Positions 1-11,700 of a stretch of 27,044 nucleotides of DNA are shown here, one piece after another. The stretch is from NCBI GenBank assembly GCA_003344405.1, contig NOWV01000189.1:124001-151044 (forward strand). Reading direction: 5' to 3'. The stretch's first letter is position 1. Each line of letters begins with the position of its first letter. Both the position numbers and the translations under genes were made by a program. The DNA is from Trichoplax sp. H2. Taxonomy: Eukaryota. The notes beneath the pieces were generated by a model. It made no database searches. It saw only the letters and a program-made list of their open reading frames with translations, and was not told the DNA's origin.

Positions 1-3000
1 AGCTCAGATCCGACGTTATTTTCTAGTGTTGCTCCATCGATACTTTTCGTAACTCTTTCAATAATTTCGTTGACTTTGCAAGTAGCACTTTTTACAATAG
101 TCATGTGGTAACCAATACCGTACTTTTTCTTCAAAAACAGTGAACTACCACAACATATTACTTTGCCTTTTCCCATAATCGCTATACGATCACCAAGTAG
201 ATCAGCTTCATCCATAAAATGTGTTGTTAACAAAATTGTTCGATTGGCTTTTTCACGTTGTAAAAGATCCCAAGTAAATCGACGAGCGGATGGATCCATA
301 CCTGAGGTCGGTTCATCAAGGAGAACAACCTAATCGTAATTTAAGCAAAGATCATTATTTTAAGAGATCATTTATAAAATCCTATCCGCTCAATTTAATC
401 TACAGTCGCTTTACTAAACTTTTGAATATTTAATATTGAATTGATTATTATTGATGCTACCTTTGAATCCCCAATTAGTGCGATACCAACAGATAATTTT
501 CTCTTCATTCCACCAGATAAAGAGGAAGAAAAAGTGTATTTCTTATCACCTAATCCAACAGCTTCAATAATTCTATCTATTTCGGCGTTAATTCTGTCTT
601 TTGGACAGCCTTGATTCATAAATATCCAATGAAATATAAGCAAATCATGTGCTATAAACTATCATTTCGCTATCATAATGGTATCATAGTTACTCTTACC
701 TTTCAATTTGGCAAAGAACCGTAAATGTTCCTCTACAGTAAGCGTATCAAATAGGATATCGTGCTGTGGACAAAGTCCTAAACTATTTCTAACCCTGTCA
801 ATATCGCAACATATATCATGTCCATTAACCAGTGCTGACCCTGTAGTAGGAGGAAACATACCACAGAGCATTGACATTAAACTTGTTTTACCAGCACCAT
901 TATGACCAAGTAACACAGTGATTTGGCCGCTGTACATATTTACGCTAACATCGTTGACAGCTACTTTCTCCTCCGACGATTTACCACAATACTTATTACG
1001 ATTAAATACTTTAAAAATGTTACGAACACTAATACCAGGTTGTAGATCTGTTGGCTCTTTCTCAAAATGTGAATATTGAGAAATTGAAGGCGAATTACTT
1101 AGTAATCGTATTCTTTCTTCGTCAAACTCTATTGGGGTTACACCGAACCAATAACTGCGGGTAAAAGGGAAATACCATTGCTGGGGTACGCCAAATTCTC
1201 CAGGAAAGATTGCTTCAATATAAAAGGCTAATAAGCCATATATGAAAGCATCAAGTAATAGCATGCCAACAATTGATGCTAAAGATAGAGAATCATCAAC
1301 TGAGACGGGGTGAAAGAAATTCGACCATTGCGCACCAACACCCTGTCCTTCTAATTTGCCTATAACCGTAGCTCCTAAAGCCATACCAACATTGGAAAGA
1401 AGAGAAGCTCCAAGCTTTTGATTTATGCTGTACGAACTATAGTAAAACGTAATGAAGAAGAACGGTACATAATTTAAAAACCATAAGATTCCACCAGCTG
1501 CAGCCGCGATGTTGGAGCGATAGAAGAATACACTCACTAAGAAACACCACATAATACTTGTACAACTATACACCATTAGAAATAGGTACAAGACAATCGG
1601 ATTTGTATTATCCAAAATTCTGCCATTGGAAGTAATATTGGTACATAAAAAGAAAGTAATAATCCCCATTGAGATTAAGAAAAAGACAAAGTACTGAACG
1701 AACCATGACAACCAATGCAGCCAATTACTTAAACCCATAATTTTCATCGATTCCTGTAGGAATAATAATCAAGAAGTCAATCAAAAAATGTAGGCAATAC
1801 TTGATATTCTAAAGATATTTCTGGTGCTAAATTGAACTAGCAATTTCAGCTGGTATTAAACATTAGAAATATCAACTAGAGTAAGGAGATGGTGTAAAGG
1901 TGTGTCTGTTAATAAATCATTTTAAATTTACAATAACAATTAGATACCTTGATTTATTTCAGTTTCAAATTTAAGCAGATACAAAATACTTTCATTGTTG
2001 CATGCAGTGCTATCAACTAAATGCCAAAATTTACCTTGCTTAAGTGATAAACAGGTCTGTATATTGAGCTAACTAAATTCCGATGAACATACCGCGTTTA
2101 ATATTGCCGTGTATCATTAGGTATTTTTTATCATGTGCGTATGTTATTTATTATCAGTGATGATGTACATATATCGCGTATATAGTGAAAATCAAATATG
2201 AATATACATTAACAAATATTATTACTGTTCATTGGCCTGATTGATACGTAATTATACATCCGACAAACTGATCGTTAATAATGTAGATTTATAAGTATAA
2301 GCTTTCAAGCCTTGATACTCTTTCTAAAATACAAACTATCATTTTAAATGTTAAACCTAAAGATCAGTTATCGGTACGCTAAAGGAAAGGTAGATCTATG
2401 ACAGTACGAAATAATAATAATTTAACTGATTTGTAAACTTTAAAGTCTTCTGCATAGTGCATTATAATTACTCTAGTAAAAATATAAAAAAAAATAGAGA
2501 AGAAACGAGATTTGCTCAATATTAAATCAAAACTAAATCAAAATATAAGTCAGACAGTAACAAGTAGTAAGACATCATGCTGTGAAGATTAAGTAAGAAT
2601 TTTAATAGTAAGATGAAGTTTTTTATTGTTAGTCATATTTATTGACTTTATGTGCATATTTATTACCGTAAGAACTAGTCAGTTAACTGGACTGAACTGT
2701 AAGCTGAGCAAAATTTTTTATTGGCCATAATTGTAGCTAAAGTAATCAATTCTATTGATAATTATGACATCATTACTCTTGCAAGTTACTACCTAAAAAG
2801 TCATGACCTGCAAGATATTAATAGACTAGAAATTTCATTTCTATTTACGATATCAAATACGTGTGTGCCTTTAAGATTGCTATGATACTACGTGTATTGG
2901 AACGATGTTTACTACTGTAATTAAAGAATATAACAATAAAACAGATCATTGCAAGGAAATATATATACAATATAACAAATAATCACCGGTATTGAACCTT

Positions 3001-3916
3001 GATGGCTATGTATCATCTTACAATGGCTGCTTTCATGATACGTACAATAATAATAACATACCTTAAGTTTTCGCTCTTTCTCAAAGACAACACTTTTGAC
3101 TATACTCAACGCAGTGACCACCATTGACATCATGAGCAGTAATGGAAAGACATTTTGAATAATGTAAATGAATTTATCATCTAAATAAGATGGATAAGGA
3201 AACCGTTGCATTTCTAAATCAACAGATGGCGGTTCAGCAAGATCGTAGAGATGAGCGATAATAGCTCGATCGATTGCCCATTGCAATGCTAGAAATCCTT
3301 CACGATAGTAACCAGGTGATCCACCAGTAGTATCATGGCGTTCGCGCGGTCCTTTAATCTGAAAAATGGGAAATGTATACTTGGTTTCCCAAGTTTGGCT
3401 CGCTCCAATTAGGGATGCATCTTGTGCATCATGTCGGGGTATATAATCCAATCGGATGGAGTAATTAATTTGACTATCGAACTGGCTGCCATTAACATGG
3501 AATACCACACCACCGATATAGGGCGAAAATGACTGACCTAATTGGGTTTCTTTTGATATTAAAAAATTGACCATATCTTCTTCATTGGCAAATCCATCTA
3601 CTCTCTGTAATCCATCTAAAAGGCGTTGGGCTCGTTTCATGACACCCACTACTGCTGCACTTGTGTTGGGACAAAAGGCCATGTATTTACCATTATGCTC
3701 CAAAACTAACTCACTGGGCAAGCTGTGAATGGTAAATGATCTAGGCTCATAGACCGGTACCATCTTGCCCTTTAAATCGCCATCCGTCCGAACTAATAAT
3801 AGCACAATTACAAAGAGGACTGTCAAGAATACTTCGAAGAGTACAGTTAGCCAAGAGCGTCGAAGTAAAGTGAAATTTTTCCATAATAGCAAAAGGAATT
3901 GGCGGCCTTTAGCCAT
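1..3916 (-). CDS. ABCA3: ABC transporter subfamily A (ABCA3-like), 5' half (TMD1 + NBD1); continues beyond the left edge. Coding exons: 3916-3062, 1753-700, 609-461, 329-<1
   Basis: N-terminal [10 protein letters not shown] motif, [11 protein letters not shown] and [15 protein letters not shown], Walker [10 protein letters not shown]-loop LCPQHDILF, signature LSGGMKRKL, Walker [12 protein letters not shown] and H-loop TTHFMDEAD. All three introns are GT-AG and keep the frame (phases 0, 1, 0). The subfamily call is firm. The ABCA3 call rests on the short first extracellular domain and recalled similarity, so it is less certain. Confidence 0.9.
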
Positions 3917-4867
3917 GGCAGACGTTTCCCTATTATCCTAATCAACACAATCAATGGGTTCGTCCTTTAATCTTTCGTAATAATTCGCAAAATATCATTC
4001 GGTATTTGCTAATTGTACAGTATATTGATAAAATAGTGCATTTTACCTGTATACACGTCTACTCTTTTACAGCCAATATTCAAATTAGGCAAATAGTGCA
4101 ATACCGACTGGATGATAATGTTCAACCACCGATTTACAACGACTCAATGTTGGTAGTGAATATTCAATGAAATTTCCTGCCTAGAATAGGAGAAAATAAT
4201 GTTCTCTTTACCGCCGGCATTGATGCAATTGAAGATGCTATGTCAAACTTAGCCGTAAAACTAGTGGTACTATGCATTTGATTGTTGAATTGTAAACAGG
4301 CAATTTGCTCCATCTATTACAGGATAACACTATCATCATGATTGCTATACGAAGAAGTCAGTCCGTTTTTTTACTTTATTATCCACAACCTATTAAGAAG
4401 GCTTTTCAAAAAAAACTGCTAGTGTACAGTACAGTATTTGACAAAACAATATTTTCCAGTGAATTGGGTCAGTGAAAAAGAAAGTCCATTGTAAAATGGG
4501 ACATGGCCAATCAAGGCGATATGGAATGTTGAAAGGGAATTGAATCAATTGAATCATTAACGATAAATTCATTTGACTTCCACCATATCTACCCAATTCG
4601 TTGTATCTCAGCTTACCTGGCCGACTTTGACTGCTGGAAATCATTCAAAGAGTTTATCCATGAATTTTTCCACTACTTTTTTCCTCTTCTCCTTCTTCAG
4701 GCTGTCACTCTTTGTGGGAAAGCTCTCAACACTGACGGTTGACCTCTTCATTTGTTGCAGTACGTAATTTGTGTAATTGACTCCTCCTGGTGTCGCTTTA
4801 ATAGGAGACTTTTGCAACCGTTAGTCCGACCAATTGATTGTCTATAATAGAGTACTATCCACTACAC

Positions 4868-5075
4868 TCTACAGTACGGTACTGTACTGTACGATACATT
4901 TATAGAAAAGCTTACAGCACAGTACATAGAAAAGCTTACAGTATGTACCGTACAGCTATAGAAAAGCTTACAGTACAGTACTGTACAGTACTGTACAGCT
5001 ATAGAAAAGCTTACAGTACAGTATAGCTATAGAAAAGCTTACAGCACAGTACCGCTATAGAAAAGTTTACAGTGC
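4868..5075. repeat. Minisatellite: 6 copies of (TA)TAGAAAAGCTTACAG separated by variable ACAGT/ACTGT-rich linkers
   Basis: Units start at about 4901, 4925, 4957, 5000, 5028 and 5056 (spacing 24-43 bp). The linkers are built from tacag/ctgta pentamers, which also precede the array. Confidence 0.9.
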
Positions 5076-5647
5076 CGTAGAAGATGACGTAAGGTTAACC
5101 GTCAACATGCGGTGGCTGACTGTGCAAGACGACGGTGTTGTGCCTGATACGTGACTCAAAAATCAATGCTAATGTAAGCTTCGGAGAAGAACAACCGATC
5201 CTTGTCTGCCAATCGGTTAAATCGATGATGTCATTGATTTGGATCTGTGAGAATCACATGATGAAGTCCGCTGCCATCATGTTTGCTCGTCCATTCCATA
5301 GATGGGTAGGTGCCCAATCCAAGCGTTAATGTCGGTAAGGAGATATTCAAGGCAGCTGAAGAATGTTGTTGACCTTTCTAAGAAAGGTTGAAGTACATTG
5401 GAACGATCAAGAGCGCGGCATAGGATGTTGTCGTCGATGGGTTTGAACCTCTTAACCCCAACTTGGTGCTACTAAGGTCATGAGCTGAAATCATGGCCCA
5501 TGTTGACTTGGGTATGATTATTGCCATCACGGTGGTAGCAGGAAAGGAGGAGGGTAGGAAAGGTAAAATGAAATTGACCTAACTGATGGAGTCTGTGACG
5601 TCCTAATAGAGTAGACTATTTGTGTCCTCTTCATGCACGCTCAGTCC

Positions 5648-5910
5648 ATGCTTTCAAATACAACAATCATTACGTCAGCCCTCTAGGATGCGCTGTTAAA
5701 TGTTCTATGTTCTACTCCTTGTTGAAAAGATAGAAAGATACGTTGGATTGCAGTATTGAGCGACAATGGAGCAACCGTCTGACCAAGGCATGCTTCAAAC
5801 ACAACAACAATCATTGCTTAGCTCTTCCCAATCTCTTCAACTCTCCTGAGTAAAGATACTAGACGTTCGATTGCAATGTTGAACGACATTTCAGCAACCA
5901 TCTGACCATT
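5648..5910. repeat. Diverged tandem duplication of about 140 bp
   Basis: catgctttcaaatacaacaatcatt...acgttggattgcagtattgagcgacaatggagcaaccgtctgacca (5648-5786) versus catgcttcaaacacaacaacaatcatt...acgttcgattgcaatgttgaacgacatttcagcaaccatctgacca (5789-5908). Confidence 0.8.
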
Positions 5911-7251
5911 GCGAAGGCAGTCTAAAGTCAATAAAACCGATGCTTCCAGTATATCTCGTAGGAAAGAGAATGACAATCTGCTCAATATGCAGCTTTCTAA
6001 TCATAGGATTAAACTTTCAGTTTCTTCGTTGTCTGGCCAAAGTCCATCAGCATGAATAAATATAATGTAAAAGAAAATGTTTCAAACCAATGCAGTCACT
6101 CATGCCAAATTTACCTTAATGTTGATTGGTTCATTCAACCCGTCATTACTAACTAAAATCAGGGCTTTTGCTTCGATGTATATACAGTATATATATATAT
6201 ATATGTTTATACAACGAGTATTAACTGCACAAAATTCGTGCGACGTTTGATATAATTTACTAGCCGGAGCGTTATCTTACAAATTACTTCCTCTCTTTAT
6301 TAACGCAATAAATACAAAGTAAAGTACAAATACAACCACTTAAGTAAAATTAAGAATTACAAGTACATTGTAAAATCAGATAAAACAAATTGTCACAAGT
6401 ATCTATATGACAAACCATGACTTATAAAATCATTTAACTTAAAATCTGATCAAAGTCATAACGTACAGTATCGAGGTAAGCAGCCCTTTGACGAATACGT
6501 ACACCAGAGTGTACCACCAACAACATCAGAACTTTTATGATGTGAAAATATCAAATATGGCAAATAGAGAAAGGGATAAGAAAATCTCTACAGTTTCAAA
6601 CAAGTGAGTACAGGGAAGNNNNNNNNNNNNNNNNNNNNAATCATTGCTTAGCTCTTCCCAATCTCTTCAACTTTCACGAGTAAAGATACTAGACGTTCGA
6701 TTGCAATGTTGAATGACATTTCAGCAACCATCTGACCATTGCGAAGGCAGTCTAAAGTCAATAAAACCTATGCTTCTTCCAGTATATCTCGTAGGAAAGA
6801 GAATGACAAACTGCTCAATATGCAGCTTTCTAATCATAGGATTAAACTTTCAGTTTCTTCGTTGTCTGGCCAAAGTCCATCAGCATGAATAAATATAATG
6901 TAAAAGAAAATGTTTCAAACCAATGCAGTCACTCATGCCAAATTTACCTTATTGTTTATTAACGCAATAAATACAAAGTAAAGTACAAATACAACCACTT
7001 AAGTAAAATCAGATAAAACAAATTGTCACCAGTATCTATATGACAATCCATGACTTATAAAATCATTTAACTTAAAATCTGATCAAAGTCATAACGTACA
7101 GCATCGAGGTAAGCAGCCCTTTGATGAATACGTACACCAGAGTGTACCACCAACAACATCAGAACTTTTATGATGTGAAAATATCAAATATGGCAAATAG
7201 AGAAAGGGATAAGAAAATCTCTACAGTTTCAAACAAGTGAGTACAGGGAAG
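5809..7251. repeat. Near-identical duplicate flanking an assembly gap: 5809-6618 vs 6639-7251 (probable allelic contig overlap or recent tandem duplication)
   Basis: The sequence after the N-run (6619-6638) restarts at the 5809 sequence and runs to the same end motif gtacagggaag. The copies differ by scattered SNPs, a 174-bp indel and a 26-bp indel. Confidence 0.9.
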
Positions 7252-7765
7252 TATATATTTCACAAATGGCAATAAAAATATCGCATGGAAAGAAGAAATA
7301 AATTATTGACCAGCAAACTTTATTGGTAGGCTAATCTATCTTAGCAACTGTTATTAAAGTAAAGGCCAATATCTAGCCCCATTATAAAATCTCATTAATG
7401 ATCTACCGTCATAGCAAAGATCACATACTATGATCGACTTTTACCTCTCGTTCAGACCTGTTAAAAATCTACGCACTATTCTTCATGAAGTAAATAGCAA
7501 GTATTACTCCATGTTAGCTAATAGACTAAATTCCAGTATTGCACTCTATTGATCGAGACATCGACTCGATAGAATGCCAATTCTGCTTGGCAATCGATGC
7601 AGAACAGTAACACAGATTAAATAAAGATAAGAAATACTATTCTGCATAATGATATCCGTCAATATTTTGCAACATATCCTCATTACAATAGCAAAATGTA
7701 ATTATAAGAGTCGACCATTTGATAGCTATTACTATTTCATCCGCGGTTTAAATTTGTTGACTGAG

Positions 7766-7773
7766 TGACGTCA
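7766..7773. promoter_or_regulatory. Perfect CRE/ATF palindrome TGACGTCA upstream of CEP112
   Basis: Exact match to the CREB/ATF consensus about 1 kb upstream of the CEP112 ATG. Function not shown. Confidence 0.3.
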
Positions 7774-7975
7774 GCAAACTGTATTATAGCGTTCACATGT
7801 AAAATAGAGATTTTATGCATAATCTTACTATAAAGTAGAAGCTTATTTGAAACTATAAGTAAATATTATCATCGATATACTATTTCATCGTATAAAGAAT
7901 CAGCTCTAAAAGACTTGATTGTATTAACTCAGACAGAACACAATATAGGAGAAGCGGGATAACATCAAATTGCTG

Positions 7976-7989
7976 GTTACTATGGAAAT
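7976..7989 (+). promoter_or_regulatory. Candidate RFX X-box (GTTACTATGGAAAT)
   Basis: Close to the X-box consensus GTTNCCATGGNAAC. It lies about 780 bp upstream of the ATG of a centrosomal gene, which probably has a 5'UTR intron (acceptor at 8726). Confidence 0.4.
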
Positions 7990-8764
7990 GACCGCACCTT
8001 TTCCAAAGTGATCAAGCGCAGTGCTAGCAATATGTAAAAACCGTTAGTAAAGCGCTTTAAATTACTCTCTACCCCTCCAATATTAAAGTATCTAACACTA
8101 TTGCATTAGCTGTCTTGAATGGACTCATTCGTTTAAGTTGAATTGAGCTATTGGATCATTAACTTTGCGCTTGAGCATCATCAATTACATCCAATTTCGC
8201 GTTCAGTATATGGCAATAATCTAAATTACCTCAGATATACTGGTCAATCTAGTTGGATTATTACTGCTTAATCTCAAGAAACTTTATTAAACAGTGCATA
8301 ATCAATCGACCTGATATATTATTTAATGATCCAAAGTTAGTGGGCAGTGACACTAATATAATCAACTTAATTAAGCTTTAATAAGGTTTGTGTTTATATT
8401 GATTTCGGACATCAATCTGTGCTCATTTATCATGGTCAATCTTTGAAAAATTGTCAGAATATTTTCTGCGCAATCTGAAAGCAACATAATTTAAAGTGAA
8501 ATAGATAGAATAGAATCGTTAAGTTAGCTTAGATTTGTGCAAAAATAATTTCTTTGAGTTCATTAAACATGTAAATGAGAATGATTCGATTCCATCATAA
8601 CTTACATTTCATCTTAGTTTAATTGGTAACCAATATAATCTTTTTACCTGGATGGATTAGGAATAACAACTTTATTTGCTGTAATCTACAGATATCAAAT
8701 TATTCTAATATATTATCTAAAATTAGGACGGATTTGGTGTCACTTTATATAAGCTAACAAGAAT

Positions 8765-11700
8765 ATGGCGACTTCGAGCAGAACTATCGAGCATGATACA
8801 TTCAAGAATGTACTCATGGAAGAAATCTTCAACGAAAAGCAAGACTCACAATTTGACCAAATTTTAGGAAGAATAAAGCCGTTTACCCTCAATTTATCAC
8901 AAAAATTAGGTATTACAATTGATAAATAGGATATTAATAGCTGACACCATAGTACAATTAGAACATTTCAAAGCTAGTAATATCCCTCTCGCTTCATTTT
9001 AATCCAGTTATAACTATAACAAAATTATCATATCCATAGTTATTATAAATCTCTGTAGTCAAACTTAAATCTATTATGAAATTTTAACAATATTTCAATT
9101 GATATATAAATACTTTTTATCACAGAAAGACAACGTGTAGCTCAATGGATTAAGAAGCTATGCGAAACTGAAGACTTAACAACTTCAGGAAGGTAATGAT
9201 ATCAATTGGCTTTATTTAGTTTGCCAATATTCATTGCTCAATCAGATTACTAGATATGAGATGGATTCATTAATTTTATTGGAATATAACTCTGCTAAGG
9301 CTCTATTTATCACATTTTACTGTATTATTTAATATCAGTAATTTTCTTCAGGCTAATATTTATAATTGACAAATTTGCGCTTATTTAGCTGTCATGTTGT
9401 GGTTTATTGCAATGTTATACGTCAAAAGTGTATGTCTGCAATAATGCGCTACTAAATGAGGCGATGACTAATTACGAGATTGCGTTATAACGTAGCGTAC
9501 TAACACATGATAGTCATGCAATCATTAATCTCTAATTTAACTGAACGAGATTCATTCGCCTAGAGCTTAAAGCAGAACAATATCATGTACACCGCTGCAT
9601 GCTAAGATTGTTGTTATCTGATCAGCCTAGCCGTTCTTATTTCATTTTATTTTATGATTTTTCAAAATACATAATAAACCCCTATAAATATTACGTAGAA
9701 TTAAGTAATAGTGCTTAAAAATTAAAGCAGGCTGTTAAATAAATCTTTCAGCTTCAACTACTGCACTAATTCCCGAAGATTTTATCAGTATTATCCTTTT
9801 CTTATCTGCTTGATGCATTATTATTCTCCAATAGAAAAAATCGAAATCTATATGCTCAATTACTATTACACATGTTGCAAAGAGGCATCTTGGAAGGACC
9901 ATTTAGCGTAAATCCGGATCCCGGTCATTTACCTACCTTGCCATCATACATGGTAGTGTATTGTTGATTGTAATGTAAAAAAAAAACTGGAACTGCAACA
10001 TAAGTAACAAAGATTATAAAAATCAGATTTAATGTTGTTGTTATCGTTACCTTTAGTCAATTTATTTTGAAGACCCAAATCGCAGTGTTTCTGCCTCCCC
10101 AAGTCCTGAAAAGGTAACTGTATTATTTATTATGAACTAGCCAGCAATAGTCAGGAGTACCTATTTACAAGACTGAAATTTATTTTCTAGATTAACACAC
10201 GGCCCACTCCAGATTGGGTAATAGATGAATTAGCAGGTATGTACTGTAATTAGTAATGATTAATCAGAAATTAGAATTTTTATAGCTGTGGGGAATACTC
10301 ATTGCCACCTCTTTCTTATAAATATGCTTTGATTTTCCTAGTGAATTATGCTATACCAAATAATCGAAGGTAAGATTTTTTAATAGAGAAGATAGAATTA
10401 GCATTCGATGCCTTATTCGTAAACTTAAATTTATCTGGAGATTTTAGTAAATAATGCCATGTCAATTATTACCGTCTTTGCACAGTTCTACGTGGCAAAA
10501 TTAGTATTTAATGTGATTAATCTGACCATTTAAGCTCGTATTTGATGACATTTTAGCCTAGGAAAAAATCCTGTAGATTCTTCTCCTCCACCTGTATCCG
10601 GATCAAGAATTTCTTACATCGACAATCAATACGATGGTAATTTAATTAGATCGCTAATTCATCCAATTTAGAATTCTCTTATATCGTTCATATATGAATG
10701 ATCTGGTAAATATCTTTCAATATCGTAACTTATATTTCCTAGACATGAATTATCGGAGAACACCAATTATTAAGACATCATTGGGTACAAAGGTAAAGCA
10801 TTTTAGTTAATCTTCTATCATAAGAAAATCATTAATAGCCTTTCAATCTAAAATATTTTATATTAATAGCTTCAAGATGCTAGTGGGTCTCCTACATCTG
10901 CCAGAGGGAGAAATTTTAACACAAGCTTAATATCGGTATGTTGATTTGATAGCAAGCTTACATAGAAAAAGATATGGTTACAATAAAGTCTATTCGTTAG
11001 GTCGAAATTTTAGTTTTAAGCCAATAAATGTTGCATTTACTGACAGGAAAGTCAGCACTACCGCCATAATACAGGGAAAAGCAAAGGTGACTAGCAAAAT
11101 CAGAACCTTATCAAAATCATAATTTAAATAAAGAATATAATTACTCTGAGGTGTCTCTGATAAAAAATAAAGTGTAGATAGTCTTGCGACCAACTATGAT
11201 AGCATATAACCGCCATATAATCCTGCTTATTTTTTAAATTTCCTCTGCAAATATTATATTAAAATATAGTATTTTGCAAACCTTTGGAAACTACTTATTT
11301 TCCATGAAATTATTGGATTTTTATAATTCAGTAGATTACAATTGTGATTTAAAAGCAGCAGATATAATTTGATCTTGCAGTCGATATTAGCAAATGATGT
11401 AAATATGACTATTTATTTAGATAGCTTACCTGATTTAATTAGTATTCTTTCTTAATTATAGCTCTACTACTACAAACTGAAGAACGTGAATTAAAACGTT
11501 TACAGGAAAAAGAGGTGTTAAAATTGCTCTGAACTTGTATTTTCTCCGTTAAGCTTACGAAAGTTGTTCAAATTTAGGTTATACTTAATATCAAAATGTA
11601 AATATCTAATCAGTATCGATATCTGCTTGTTAACTTAGCTTGAAGTCAAAATGAAAGCTGTCGAGTCGAAATATCATGAAGAAAAATTAAAATTACAACA

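Noticed and set aside
4901..5075. CRISPR-like repeat-spacer appearance
   Set aside because: The spacers are short, low-complexity and related to each other, the context is eukaryotic, and there are no cas genes.
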